DNA of 64,000 bases from an uncultured Gammaproteobacteria bacterium (lineage in GTDB: Bacteria > Pseudomonadota > Gammaproteobacteria > Granulosicoccales > Granulosicoccaceae): the NCBI GenBank assembly GCA_963833195.1, contig CAWHXF010000014.1, positions 32,825 through 96,824 of the forward strand, in the 5' to 3' direction. Shown here piece by piece: positions 39,031 through 50,167 of the stretch. The position numbers were made by a program, and so were the translations under genes. Numbering within the stretch: the first letter of the stretch is position 1; the number at the start of each line of letters is the position of its first letter. Under the pieces are notes generated by a model that did not search any database, was not told the origin of the DNA, and saw nothing but the letters and a program-made list of their open reading frames with translations.

Positions 39031-41016
39031 ATGCGCTACCGTCAAATTCACCTAGACTTCCACACCTCCGGCGCGATCGAGGGCGTCGGTAGTCGCTTCG
39101 ACCCGGACGACTTCGCCCGCCGGTTCGAACGAGCGCGCGTGGACTCGGCGAACCTCTTCGCCAAGTGCCATCACGGCTGGTCCTACCACCCGACGACGGT
39201 GGGTCGGACGCACCCGCACCTCGACTTCGACCTGCTGCGCGCGCAGGTGGACGCGCTGCACGGCGTCGGCATCAGGACTCCGATCTACGTCTCGGCAGGC
39301 TGGGACGAGCTCTCGGCGCGCGAGAACCCGGGGTGGCGCGTCGTCGACCCCGACTTCTCGCGTCCGGTGCAGCACGGCAACGAGCTCGAGGCCGGGTGGA
39401 AGTTCCTGGATCTGTCGTCCCCGTACGCCGAGCGTCTGTACGCGCAGGTCGAGGAGGTCGTCGCCCGCTTCCCCGATCTCGACGGACTGTGGATGGACAT
39501 CTGCTTCCAGCGCCCCTCGGTGAGCGAGTGGGCGAAGGCCGGCATGGAGTCCGGCGGACTCGACTGGACCGACGCCGAGCACCGCGACCGGTTCGCCGAG
39601 GACATCACAATGCGCTTCTTCGAGCGGATCACCGGCATCGCGAAGGGCGCAGGCGTGTCGGTGTTCTACAACGCGGGACACGTCCGGCGCGGGCGCATGG
39701 ACGTCTTCCGCAAGTACTTCACGCACCTGGAGATCGAATCGCTGCCGACGAGCTCGTGGGGCTACGAGCACTTTCCGGTCAGCGCTCGTTACGTCGACCC
39801 GCTCGGCATGGACTGGCTCGGCATGACCGGCAAGTTCCATCACATGTGGGGCGAGGTCGGCGGCTACAAGCTGCCCGAGGCGCTGCTCTACGAGTGCGGC
39901 GCGATGCTCGCCCAGGGCGCGCGCTGCTGTATCGGCGACCACCTGCACCCGACGGGCGCGGTGGATGCGTCCACCTACGACGGTGTGCGGATCGCCTACG
40001 AGCACGTCGAGGCGTGCGAGCCTTGGGCGTGCGACTCGGTCAACCGCGCGGAGATCGCGGTACTGAGCTCGGAGGCGATGCGTCGACCGATCTTCTCCGG
40101 TATGCCGGTGCAGCACGATGTCGTCGACGATGCCACCGTGCGAGTGCTGCTCGAGGGCCGATTCACGTTCGATCTCGTCGACACCGACGCGGATCTTGCC
40201 CCGTACCGGCTGCTGATCCTGCCCGATTGCATCGACGTCGACGCGAGTTTGAAGGCGAGCATCGACGCCTACCTCGCCGGCGGCGGGCGGCTGCTCGCAA
40301 CGGGCTCGAGCGGCGTCGTCGACGGGCGCTTCGCGTTCGACGCGGGCGCAACGTGGCGCGGCACCTCGAGCTTTTCGTCAGGCGACTACGCTCTGCCGGT
40401 GCCGGCGCTGCGCGCAGGCTTCGTGAACGATCCACTGTTCATGTACGGGCCCTCGGAGCTGATCGAGCTCGCCGACGGGGACAGCCTTGGCGCGGTGCAC
40501 GAGCCGTACTTCAACCGCACCGGGCACCGCTTCAGCGGCCACCTGCACACCCCGAGCCGACCGGAGCCGAGCGGCTTCCACTTCGGCGCGAGCAAAGGGC
40601 CGGTGACCTGGCTCGCGCATCCGCTGTTCTCGCTGTACCACCGCGCGGGCGCGGTCGCGATGCTGCAGATCGCCGTCAAGGCGATCCGGTTCGCGCTCGG
40701 CCGCGAGCCGATGATCCACGCCGACCTGCCGACCGCCGGGCGCGCGACCCTGCGCCACCAGGACGGGCGCGACGTGCTGCACCTGCTCTACGCAACCCCG
40801 GTGCAGCGCGGCGCGCTGCGCGGCGACGCGGTACAGCCTATCCAGGACATCGTGCCGTTAAAGGACGTGACGGCGAGCATCGAGTCCGATGGCGTCACAG
40901 CCGTGCGACTGGTACCCGAAGGCAAGACGCTGGAGTTCCGGAGCGGTGCGGGCCGGGTCGAGTTCACCGTGCCCGAGGTCCGCGGGCACCGCATGGTGGA
41001 GCTCGTGCGCGGATGA
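39031..41016 (+). CDS. Glycoside hydrolase, GH151 (alpha-L-fucosidase)-like, with trimerisation domain
   Basis: MRYRQIHLDFHTS, FAKCHHGWSYHPT, GLWMDI, HLEIESLPT..WGYEHF, GMTGKFH..WGE, IGDHLHP. Confidence 0.72.
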   Translation: MRYRQIHLDFHTSGAIEGVGSRFDPDDFARRFERARVDSANLFAKCHHGWSYHPTTVGRTHPHLDFDLLRAQVDALHGVGIRTPIYVSAGWDELSARENPGWRVVDPDFSRPVQHGNELEAGWKFLDLSSPYAERLYAQVEEVVARFPDLDGLWMDICFQRPSVSEWAKAGMESGGLDWTDAEHRDRFAEDITMRFFERITGIAKGAGVSVFYNAGHVRRGRMDVFRKYFTHLEIESLPTSSWGYEHFPVSARYVDPLGMDWLGMTGKFHHMWGEVGGYKLPEALLYECGAMLAQGARCCIGDHLHPTGAVDASTYDGVRIAYEHVEACEPWACDSVNRAEIAVLSSEAMRRPIFSGMPVQHDVVDDATVRVLLEGRFTFDLVDTDADLAPYRLLILPDCIDVDASLKASIDAYLAGGGRLLATGSSGVVDGRFAFDAGATWRGTSSFSSGDYALPVPALRAGFVNDPLFMYGPSELIELADGDSLGAVHEPYFNRTGHRFSGHLHTPSRPEPSGFHFGASKGPVTWLAHPLFSLYHRAGAVAMLQIAVKAIRFALGREPMIHADLPTAGRATLRHQDGRDVLHLLYATPVQRGALRGDAVQPIQDIVPLKDVTASIESDGVTAVRLVPEGKTLEFRSGAGRVEFTVPEVRGHRMVELVRG

Positions 41017-41072
41017 TCCCGGTCCCGACCCGCCCCCTGCAGCTCTCTTGCCTACCCTCGGTGACTTGATCG

Positions 41073-41372
41073 ATGGGCCTGCGACAACGAATCCTGATCC
41101 TGTACCTGTCGAGCTCGGCGCTCGACGCACCGGTGATCGGCTGGGCCCGACACGATGGCTCGGACCGGGAGGGGGTCGCCGAGCCCGGCGACGGTGACGA
41201 GGCGCCCTACGCGCGCGGCGTCGACGCCCTGCGCGATGGCTGGCGCCTGATCCAGGCGAGCCCACTCGCGGCTCACGTGCCCGGCGCGGAGTTCACGACG
41301 GGCTACCTGAAGTACGAGTTCTTCTTCGAGAAGCTGGTGGACGGCGCGAGCGGCCAGGAGACGAGCGAATGA
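41073..41372 (+). CDS. Small hypothetical protein coupled to the dioxygenase
   Basis: 99-aa ORF with a coding-like codon pattern; ATGA overlap with the next gene. Confidence 0.7.
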   Translation: MGLRQRILILYLSSSALDAPVIGWARHDGSDREGVAEPGDGDEAPYARGVDALRDGWRLIQASPLAAHVPGAEFTTGYLKYEFFFEKLVDGASGQETSE

Positions 41373-42271
41373 GCAAGCTGAGCAGTGAACGGATGGCCGA
41401 GTTCGTCGCCCGCGGGGCGATCCGGCTCGAAGCGATCGTGCCCGAGGACATCAACCGCGCGCTGCTCGACGGGCTCACCGCGGTCGACGACGCATCGCCG
41501 CGGGAGCGCACCCAACGGCTCGTGCGAGACGGGATTGTGCCGACGATCCGGCCGGGCACCAGGCTGTCCGAAGCCTACCCGCCGGGCTCGGCGATCGCGC
41601 GCATGCTCGCGGTGCCCGAGGTTGCCGGCGCAATCGACAGCCTCGTCGGTCGGAACTGCGTCGTCGATCACCACTTCCTGCACACCACGGTCCCGGGAAA
41701 CACCGCGCAGCACACCCATCAGGACTCCACCATCGACCCGCGGCTCGCCTTCGACGTGCAGCTGTTCTACTTCCCCCACGACGTCGACGAGGCGATGGGC
41801 GGCACGCGCTGGGTGCCGGGCACGCACCTGCGCGTGGTCAGCGAGATGGGCATCGCGCGCTACCAGAACCTCGTCGGCCAGCAGCGCATCGCGTGTCCTG
41901 CCGGCACCGTCGTGTTCTTCCATCACGGGCTGTGGCACGGAGCCGGACCGAACCGGTCCGACCGGACGCGCCACGCACTCAAGATCCGGCTCTGCCCGAC
42001 CGAGCCGCAGCGACTGCTGTGGGAGACCTCCGATCTGCCGGACGGTGCGGGCCGATCTCCCGTGTTCTGGCGCGACCCGGACGCACCGCAGGATGCCGTC
42101 GAGCGGATCCTGACGACCCCCGAACCCTGGTTCGAGCAGGACACCGGCCGGCTGGAGTACATGAACCGAATACGACTGTGGCGCTACCTCATCGGGGACG
42201 ATCACTTCGATCTCGGCTACTGGATGACGCGAGTAGAAAACGAGCAGGCGACGATTCGACGCAAGGCATGA
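41369..42271 (+). CDS. PhyH-like Fe(II)/2-oxoglutarate dioxygenase
   Basis: HQD..H triad (HTHQDS; GLWHGAGPN), GGTRWVPGTH. Confidence 0.85.
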   Translation: MSKLSSERMAEFVARGAIRLEAIVPEDINRALLDGLTAVDDASPRERTQRLVRDGIVPTIRPGTRLSEAYPPGSAIARMLAVPEVAGAIDSLVGRNCVVDHHFLHTTVPGNTAQHTHQDSTIDPRLAFDVQLFYFPHDVDEAMGGTRWVPGTHLRVVSEMGIARYQNLVGQQRIACPAGTVVFFHHGLWHGAGPNRSDRTRHALKIRLCPTEPQRLLWETSDLPDGAGRSPVFWRDPDAPQDAVERILTTPEPWFEQDTGRLEYMNRIRLWRYLIGDDHFDLGYWMTRVENEQATIRRKA

Positions 42272-42802
42272 CACGAGCGGTCGGACACCTCGGTGTCGCG
42301 TCAGGGTGATTCGGACATCTGGAGCATCCGGAGCCGACCGACTTGCCGTCGGCGACGGATGCGCCGCCAGCCTGCTTCGAGTTACTTGATCGCGAGGATG
42401 TCGACGTTGTGCACATTGGCGACCACGCCGTCCTCCCCGCGGCCCACGACGATCTCGGGCGCCTGTTCGTTCAGTAGCCCGGTAATCTGGCCCGCGAAGT
42501 GCGCCCTCCTACCGGCCTCGTCGGCGGCGCTGCAGCCCGGACCCGGCAAGCGCTTGTTGCACGGCCACGGCATCCGTTCCGGCGTCGCCGCCTCGGCCCG
42601 GGAGTCCAGGCAGCGTGTTCGCCGCAGCACGTTGTCGCCGATCGTCACGCGGTTCCGAAGCGGCGTGGAGGCCACTCTCGAGCGCGCGACCAGCCGGTCT
42701 GTGCGTCGTCACGCGCACGGGCTCGGTACCGAACGCCTCAAGCCGAACGAGAGCTCCACGTTCCGCAACGTTGGCTGACGCAGCATGATCGTTCGCAGCC
42801 GC

Positions 42803-42845
42803 TTGACAAGTCTCACGGCCTGCGCTTAATTGAAAACGTTTCCAA
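42803..42845 (+). promoter_or_regulatory. Sigma70-like promoter plus LacI operator
   Basis: TTGACA-N17-TTAATT overlapping TTGAAAACGTTTCCAA (42830-42845). Confidence 0.7.
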
Positions 42846-42861
42846 CCCGTGGAGAGACACC

Positions 42862-43932
42862 GTGAACCCGTCGCAGCCGACCGTCCTTGCTACAGTTGCC
42901 TTGGCTACTATCGTGGGCGCTGCGAGCGCCTTCGGCTCGTCCGCCGCCCTTGCCGCCGGCGGCCCGACCATCGGCATGAGCTGGGCGAACTACCAGGAGG
43001 AGCGCTGGAAGATCGACGAGGCGGGACTCGCCGAACGCGTCGCCGAGCTCGACGGCGAGTTGCTGACCAGCGATGCGCGGAGCAGCAGCAGCCAGCAGGC
43101 GTCGGACATCGAGGGGTTGCTGTCGCGCGGCATCGACGTGCTGATGATCGTTGCGTGGGACAGCGAGGCAATCCTGCCCTCGGTGCAGCGCGCCGTCGAC
43201 GAGGGCATCCCCGTCATCGCCTACGAGCGCCAGATCGAGCATCCCGACGTCTTCTACACCGCGTTCAACCCCGTTGAGGTCGGACGTATCCAGGCCGAGG
43301 CGATCGTGAACGCGCAGCCGACCGGGCGCTACGTGATCGTCGCCGGCAGTCCGCAGGACCAGTACGCGCACTACGTGCTCGAGGGCCAGCACGGGGTGCT
43401 CGACCCGCTGGTCGAGGCTGGCGAGATCGAGATCGTCGCCGAGCAGTGGACCGACGGCTGGCTGCCCGACAACGCGCAGCGCAACATGGAGCAGATCCTG
43501 ACCGCACAGGGCGACGACGTCGACGCGGTGGTCGCCGCGAACGACGGCACGGCCGGCGGTGTCGTCGCGGCGCTGGCAGCGGTCGGGCTTGACGGCGAGG
43601 TGCCGGTCAGCGGTCAGGATGGCGATATCGCCGCGCTGAACCGCATCGCCCGAGGCACCCAGACCGTCACGGCGTGGAAGGACGCTCGCGTGCTCGGTCG
43701 CACGGGCGCCGACGTCGCGGCGCAGCTCGCCGCCGGCACCGCGTTCGGGGACGTCGAGGGCGCCGAGACCTGGGACCGCGGGCCGAAGGGCGTCGCGCAA
43801 AGCGCCGTCGTGCTGCCGCCCGTCGGCGTCACCGCGGACAACCTCGATGCGGTGCTCGACGCGGGCTGGATCTCGAAGGAGCAGCTGTGCGACGGGGTGG
43901 GCGGCGACGGCGCGCCGGCGGCCTGCCGCTGA
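42862..43932 (+). CDS. XylF/ChvE-like monosaccharide-binding protein (orphan)
   Basis: IGMSWANYQEERWKIDE, VAANDGTAGG, VSGQDGDIAALNRI. Confidence 0.85.
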   Translation: MNPSQPTVLATVALATIVGAASAFGSSAALAAGGPTIGMSWANYQEERWKIDEAGLAERVAELDGELLTSDARSSSSQQASDIEGLLSRGIDVLMIVAWDSEAILPSVQRAVDEGIPVIAYERQIEHPDVFYTAFNPVEVGRIQAEAIVNAQPTGRYVIVAGSPQDQYAHYVLEGQHGVLDPLVEAGEIEIVAEQWTDGWLPDNAQRNMEQILTAQGDDVDAVVAANDGTAGGVVAALAAVGLDGEVPVSGQDGDIAALNRIARGTQTVTAWKDARVLGRTGADVAAQLAAGTAFGDVEGAETWDRGPKGVAQSAVVLPPVGVTADNLDAVLDAGWISKEQLCDGVGGDGAPAACR

Positions 43933-43945
43933 TTCTCCTTTCGCG

Positions 43946-44772
43946 TCAGGTCGTGGCGGCGCCCGGGTTGTCGTCGACGGTACCGGCGACGAACTGGTCC
44001 AGATCGATGATCGCGCCGGTCATCATGGCGGCGTCCGGCGAGGCGAGGAATGACACCAGCCCCGCCGGATCCTCGGGCATCAGCAGGCGGCCGAACGGCT
44101 GGGCCGCGGCGAAGTCGTGGGCCCAGCCCTCGGGCAGGCCGTGCACGCGGGTCTGCACCTCTTGTTCGGCGGGCGTCAGCGTCCAGCCGAGGTTGATCGC
44201 GAAGACGCGGACGCGCTCGCGCTTCAGCGTGTTCGCCATCCCCTTGGTCAGCGTCACGAGCGCGGCCTTGCTCGCCGCGTAGCCGAGCAGGAACGGCGGA
44301 CCGCCGTGCGCGAGCATGCTCGCGACGTTGACGACGGTCGCGCCCGGCGCGCATCGCGGGCGCAGCGCCTGCACGACGAACAATGGCGCGCGGACGTTGA
44401 TCGCCATCAACCGGTCGAACGTCCCGACGTCGATGTCGTCGAGCCCGCCGCGGCTCGTGATGCCGGCGGCGTTGACGAGCACGTCGATGCCGCCCTCCCC
44501 GCCCTCGCCCACCGCCTCGAGCAGCGCCGCGGTCGCGGTCTCGATGTTCACGAGGTCGAGCCGCGACGGTGCGCACGGTCACGCCGTCGCGTCGCTCGCG
44601 CAACGCGGTCGCTGCGCCCTCGAGCTTGTCGGCGTTCAGGTCGAGCACGACGAGGTCTGTCGACGCCGTCGTCGACGAGGCGCTCGGCGCACGCCAAGCC
44701 GATCCCTTGCGCAGCGCCGGTGACGACGGCCCGGGTGGGCGCGGTTCGGGTGATTGCGGGTCTGGAAGCCAT
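43946..44772 (-). CDS. SDR oxidoreductase, frameshifted near 44560-44660
   Basis: VVTGAAQGIG, LVNAAG, YAASK, INLGWTLTP. Confidence 0.82.
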
Positions 44773-44826
44773 CGTTCGAGATCTCGTTGTTCCCGGGGTC
44801 CCTCGTACGGTCCCCGCGTCGAATGC

Positions 44827-45732
44827 TCAGCCGGCGTAGCGGGGCTCGGGCAGGCCGCGCGCGCCGAGCCCGCGCACGGCGAAGGTGCCGCCGCGCAGCG
44901 GGCCGTCGCCGGGGTACTTGGGCAGCGGAGGGCGGGCCATCGATGTCACGTACAGCACGTCGAGGTCGGCGCCGCCGAACGCGACGCTCGTGACCTTGCA
45001 CACCGGCATCTCGACGATGCGGTCGAGGGACCCGTCCGGCGCGAAGCGCATCAGGCGCCCGTCGAACACGAGCGCGGTCCAGAGGTACCCCTCCTCGTCG
45101 ATCGTGGCGCCGTCGGGCGCACCGCCCGGTCGCACCTCCGGTTCGACGAAGGTGCGCCGATTCGACGCGTCCCCGGTGTCCGGGTCGTAGTCGTACGCGA
45201 AGATCCGGTTCCGGAACGAGTCGGCCGAGTACAACGTGCACCCGTCCGGTGAGAAGCACGTGCCGTTCGAGCAGATGATGCCGGTGTCGAGCGCACGCAC
45301 GCGCCGCTCGGCGTCGAATGACCACAGCGTGCCCGTCGGCGCCGCCTCGGCGGTGTCCATCGAGCCGCATACGAAGCGGCCCTGCCGGTCGACCTTGCCG
45401 TCGTTCAGCCGGTTCGCGTCGAGTCCGGGCTCGGGATCGACGAGGTGTTCGGTCTCGTGCGTGTCAAGATCGAGGAGGTGGAAGCCGTCGGCGAGCGCCA
45501 GCAGCGGTCCTCCCTTCTCGCGCAGCGCCATCGCCCCGATGTGTCCCGGCACTTCCCAGGTGCGCAGCTCCCCGCCGCCGGCGGTGCAGCGGTGCACGCG
45601 ATCCCCGAGACTGTCGACGAACCACAGTCGCTCGCACTCGACGTCCCACAGCGGCCCTTCGCCGAGCAGCGGCTTCACGTCCACGAGCACGTCGATGCGC
45701 ACGTCCCGCGCGGACCGCTTCGCAGCCGCCAT
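44827..45732 (-). CDS. SMP-30/gluconolactonase-family sugar lactonase
   Basis: LGEGPLWD, RLNDGKVDRQGR, SNG..FSPD, PDGATID, TSVAFGG. Confidence 0.92.
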   Translation of the reverse strand: MAAAKRSARDVRIDVLVDVKPLLGEGPLWDVECERLWFVDSLGDRVHRCTAGGGELRTWEVPGHIGAMALREKGGPLLALADGFHLLDLDTHETEHLVDPEPGLDANRLNDGKVDRQGRFVCGSMDTAEAAPTGTLWSFDAERRVRALDTGIICSNGTCFSPDGCTLYSADSFRNRIFAYDYDPDTGDASNRRTFVEPEVRPGGAPDGATIDEEGYLWTALVFDGRLMRFAPDGSLDRIVEMPVCKVTSVAFGGADLDVLYVTSMARPPLPKYPGDGPLRGGTFAVRGLGARGLPEPRYAG

Positions 45733-46664
45733 CAGAAGCGCACCGAGTCCTCGCCCTTCAGATGAAGCAACGATCTCGCCTCGGCGGGCGTAGCGATCTC
45801 GCAGCCGACGGCCTCGAGCATCTGCCGGGCGCGTGCCACCTGGTCGGCCGAGGACGTCGCGAGCTCGCCGGGCCCGACCCACAGGGAGTCCTCGAGCCCG
45901 ACGCGCAGGTGCCCGCCCATCGCGACCGACATCGCCGCGATCCGAAGCTGCGAGGCACCCGCGCCGAGCACCGACCAGACGTGGTCCGCGCCGAACAGCC
46001 GCTCCGCGGTGCGGCGCATCATCGAGACGTCCTCGGCGTGCGCGCCGATACCGCCAAGCAGCCCGAACACCGACTGGACGAACAGCGGCGGCGTGACGAG
46101 TTCCCGGTCGAGGAAGTGCGCGAGCGAATACAGGTGGCCGATGTCGTAGCACTCGAACTCGAAGCGGGTGCCGTTGTCCGCGCAGGTGCGCAGCACGTGC
46201 TCGATGTCCTTGAACGTGTTCCTGAACACCAGGTCGCGCGAGTTCTCGAGGTGCTCGCGCTCCCACTCGCGCGCCAGATCCGGGTAGCGATCCAGCATGC
46301 CGTACAGCCCGAAGTTCATCGAGCCCATGTTCAGGGACGCAAGCTCGGGCGCGAAGTGCGCGGCGGGCGCCACGCGCTCGTCCACGGTCATGAACGGGCT
46401 GCCCCCCGTGGTGACGTTGATGACGCAGCCGGTGCGCTCGCGCAGCGCGGGCAGGATGCGTTCGAACGCCTCGACGCTCTGGTCCGGGCGTCCGGTCTCC
46501 GGATCTCGCGCGTGCACGTGCAGTACCGCCGCACCCGCCTCCGCTGCACGCACGCCCTCGGCGACGATCTCGTCGGGCGTCACGGGCAGGTGCGGCGACA
46601 TCGACGGGGTGTGGATCGCTCCCGTCAGCGCGGTGGTGACGACGATCTTGCGTTTGCTGGCCAT
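45732..46664 (-). CDS. Beta-keto acid cleavage enzyme (BKACE/DUF849)
   Basis: TGAIHTPSMSPHLPVTP, HVHAR, TTGG, ASLNMGSMNFG, EFECYD, RVGLEDS. Confidence 0.92.
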   Translation of the reverse strand: MASKRKIVVTTALTGAIHTPSMSPHLPVTPDEIVAEGVRAAEAGAAVLHVHARDPETGRPDQSVEAFERILPALRERTGCVINVTTGGSPFMTVDERVAPAAHFAPELASLNMGSMNFGLYGMLDRYPDLAREWEREHLENSRDLVFRNTFKDIEHVLRTCADNGTRFEFECYDIGHLYSLAHFLDRELVTPPLFVQSVFGLLGGIGAHAEDVSMMRRTAERLFGADHVWSVLGAGASQLRIAAMSVAMGGHLRVGLEDSLWVGPGELATSSADQVARARQMLEAVGCEIATPAEARSLLHLKGEDSVRF

Positions 46665-46707
46665 GCGTAGATACGGTACTCGTCGGTGTCGAGGGCGCGC
46701 CCGTCGT

Positions 46708-47708
46708 CTACGGACGGACGATCGCGGGATCGTCGGCGACCGCGGCGCGCCGGTGCGCGGCGAGCGCCATCAACCGCCGGTCGCGCCAGTCCCGACGTGC
46801 GGGCAGATCCTGTGCCGGTAGCGCCGCCCGTCGCTCGCGCTGCAGCCGCTCGGCCAGCTCGCCTTCCCAGACCACCGGCGGACCGGCCGTGGCGGCGATG
46901 GAACGGTACGCACTCGCCGTAGCGTCCGACGAAGTCGCTCACGCCGCCAGGGGCGTTCAGGTCGATCGTCTCGACGGGGCCCATGAAGGACCAGCGCAGA
47001 CCGAGTCCGTCCTTGAGCGCGACGTCGAGGTCGGACGCCGACACGATACCCGCGTCGATCAGCCGAAACGCCTCCTCGAGCAGCGCGCCCTGCAGGCGAT
47101 TCATGACGAACCCCTCGATCTCGCGCGTCAGCACAATCGGACTCTGTCCGATCCTGCGCATCAGCGCCGCGCAGCGCGCGACGACCTCGGGGTCGGTGTC
47201 CGGCGCGGGCACGATCTCGACCGCCGGCACGAGGTGCGGTGGGTTCAGCGGGTGCGCGACGAGGCATCGGCGCCGTCCGGGCAACTCCGCGACGAAGGCC
47301 GAGGGCAGCAACGCGGACGACGAGCTCGCGATGATCGCGTCCGGCGGCGCGGCGGCATCCAGCTGCGCGAACACGCGGCGCTTCGTCTCGAGCGTCTCGG
47401 GAGCGTTCTCCTGGATGTGGACGGTTCCGTGCAGCGCCCTTCGAAGCTCCGGCTCCAGCACGATCCGGCTTCTCACCCCGGCGGCGTTCGCGCCGTCGAG
47501 CAGGTCGTTGCGATTCGAGCAGGGCGAGCTGGGCATCGAGCCGTGCCGCGGCGGAATCGAGCGCATCTGCCGCCGGGTCGTGCAGGCGCACCGCGCAGCC
47601 GCCGCGCGCGAACGCGATCGCCCACGAGGTGCCGATCATGCCGGCGCCGACGATCGCCACCGCAACGGCGCTCCTATCCGGCGCGGACGGGTTGCGGAAG
47701 TCATTCAT
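46708..47708 (-). CDS. 3-hydroxyacid dehydrogenase (L-gulonate 3-dehydrogenase / carnitine dehydrogenase-like), frameshifted
   Basis: GAGMIGTSWA, QENAPE, ASSSS, AHPLNPP, GFVMNRLQ, GLGLRWSFMGP, WRDRRLMAL. Confidence 0.8.
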
Positions 47709-47723
47709 GGTCGCGATGATTGC

Positions 47724-47904
47724 TGGAAACGTTTTCTTTCGTCAAGTGCCGTGAGCGGCGTCCGGGTCCTGCTGCTGCCTCTACCCACCAGCTCAGGTGG
47801 TATCTGGTGGTATCCGTCGATCTCCACCGCGCGATCCGAAGGCATCTGTCCGGTTGACACTCGGTTCTCCCCCCTCGCATACTCTCGTTCCGTAAACGTT
47901 TTCA
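47724..47904. promoter_or_regulatory. Divergent promoters with two LacI operators
   Basis: TGGAAACGTTTTCT (47724-47737) and GTAAACGTTTTCA (47892-47904). TTGACA-N18-CATACT on plus; TTGACG on minus. Confidence 0.7.
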
Positions 47905-47919
47905 TAGAGGAGTGTGCAG

Positions 47920-48977
47920 ATGCAGACGATCAAGGGCCCCGGCCTCTTCCTCGGCCAGTTCGCCGGCGACGAGGCGCCGTTCGACGACCTGCCGGGCATC
48001 GCGAAATGGTCGGCCGAATGCGGCTTCAAGGGCATCCAGCTGCCGACCTGGGACGCCCGCTTCATCGACATCGCGAAGGCGGCGGAGTCCGACACCTACT
48101 GCGACGAGCTCAAGGGCATCGCGAAGGAGAACGGCGTCGAGATCTGCGATTCGGCCTCCCACATCCAAGGCCAGCTGTGCGCGGTGCACCCGGCCTACGA
48201 CGCCTGGATGGACGGGCTGTGTCCGCCCGAGGTGCGCGGCGACCGAAAGGCCCGCCAGGCGTGGGCGGTGCAGCAGCTGAAGTACTGCGCGCACCGCCTC
48301 GCGCCGGCTCGGCATCGACCGGCACGCGACCTTCTCGGGCGGTCTCGCCTGGCCGTTCTGCTACCCCTTCCCGCAGCGCGACGCGAACCTGATCGACGAG
48401 GCCTACGACGAGCTGGCGCGCATCTGGAAGCCGATCCTCGATCACTACGAGGACGAGGGCGTGTACCTGTGCTTCGAGATCCATCCGATGGAGGACCTCT
48501 TCGACGGGACCACCTTCGAGATGTTCCTGGAGCGCGTGAACGGCCACGGCCGCTGCATGCTGAACTACGACGCCAGCCACTTCGTCAAGCAGGGGCTGGA
48601 CTACCTCGAGTTCATCGACATCTATCACGAGCGGATCAAGATGTTCCACGTCAAAGGACTCGGAGTTCAACCCGACCGGGCGTCAGGGCTTCCTGTCCGG
48701 TATGCAGCCGTGGCTCAAGCGCGCCGCGCGCGACCGCTCGCTCGGCAAGGGCCAGACCGACTTCGACGCGATGTTCGCGAAGTTCACCGAATACGACTTC
48801 GATGGCTGGGCCGTCTACGAGTGGGAGGACTGCCTCGAGCACCCTGAGGACGCGGCACCTGCGGGTGCGAAGTACATCTCCGAGCGCATCATCCGTGTGA
48901 CCGACAAGACCTTCGACGACTTCGCGGGCCAGAAGGACGCGTCGAGCTCGGCGCGCTCGATCCTCGGGCTGGAGTAA
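47920..48977 (+). CDS. Sugar-phosphate isomerase/epimerase (IolE/MocC-like TIM barrel), frameshifted
   Basis: MQTIKGPGLFLGQF, FEIHPMED, NYDASHF, FHVK, AVYEWE. Confidence 0.85.
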
Positions 48978-48981
48978 GGCG

Positions 48982-50167
48982 ATGGCGATCGAATCCTTCG
49001 GCACCGAGCGCTCGGCCCGGCGCCTGCGGCTCGGGATGGTCGGCGGCGGACGCGGCGCGTTCATCGGGGCGGTGCACCGCATGGCCTCGCGGCTCGACGA
49101 CAAGTACGAGCTCGTCGCCGGCGCCCTGTCCTCGACCGAGGAGAACGCGAAGCTCTCGGCCGCCGACCTGCACATCGCGGAGGACCGCGCGTACTCGGAC
49201 TTCCGCGACATGGCGACGAAGGAGGCCGCGCGCGACGACGGCATCGACGTCGTGTCCATCGTCACGCCGAACCACCTGCACTTCGACGCCGCGAAGGCGT
49301 TCCTGGAGGCCGGCATCCACGTCATCTGCGACAAGCCGATGACCCTGACCCTCGAGCAGTCCAGGGAGCTTGCGTCGATCGTGGAGAAGACGAGGTCGCT
49401 TCTTCATGCTCACGCAGAACAACACCGGCTACCCGATGGTGCGCCAGGCCCGGCGCATGGTCGCAGACGGCACGCTCGGCGAGGTGCGCGTCGTGCGCGT
49501 GTCCTACGTGCAGGACTGGCTGTCGACCGCGGTCGACAAGGAGGGTCAGAAGCAGGCCGCATGGCGCACCGATCCGAAGCTCGCCGGCGCCGGCGGCGCG
49601 ATCGGCGACATCGGCGTGCACGCGTTCAACCTCGCCTCGTTCATCACGGGGCTCGCGCTGGAGAGCGTGTGCGCGGACCTCCGGAGCTACGTGGAGGGGC
49701 GCGAGCTCGACGACAACGCGAACGTGCTGCTGCGCTACGCGAACGGCGCGAGCGGCACGCTGTGGGCCACGCAGGTCGCGCCGGGGAACTACAACCGGCT
49801 CTCGATCGGGGTGTACGGCACGAAGGGCGGGCTCGAGTGGGTCGGCGAGGAAAACGATGACCTCGTGTACACGCCGCTCGGCGAGCCGTCGCGCACGATC
49901 ACGCGCGGCGGGCCCGGCGCGCTCGACGTCGCGAACGCCGTGACGCGCATGCCGCCGCGCCACCCCGAGGGCTACATCGAAGGCTTCGGCAACCTGTACT
50001 CGAACGCCGCGGAGTTGATCTCGGCACGCATCGAGGGGCGCGAGCCGGACCCGGCGGCGACCGACGTGCCGGACGTCGCGTCCGGCGTCGAGGGGCTCGC
50101 GTTCATCGAGGCCTGCGTGCGCTCGAGCCGGGATGGCGGGACGTGGGCGACGCTGGAGACCGCGTGA
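48982..50167 (+). CDS. Gfo/Idh/MocA oxidoreductase, one frameshift near 49395
   Basis: LGMVGGGRGAFIGAVHR, TPNHLH, ICDKP, GDIGVH. Confidence 0.88.

Noticed and set aside
42300-42780. Possible small minus-strand gene (42382-42675)
   Set aside because: No recognisable family and interrupted upstream; probably an unassignable relic.
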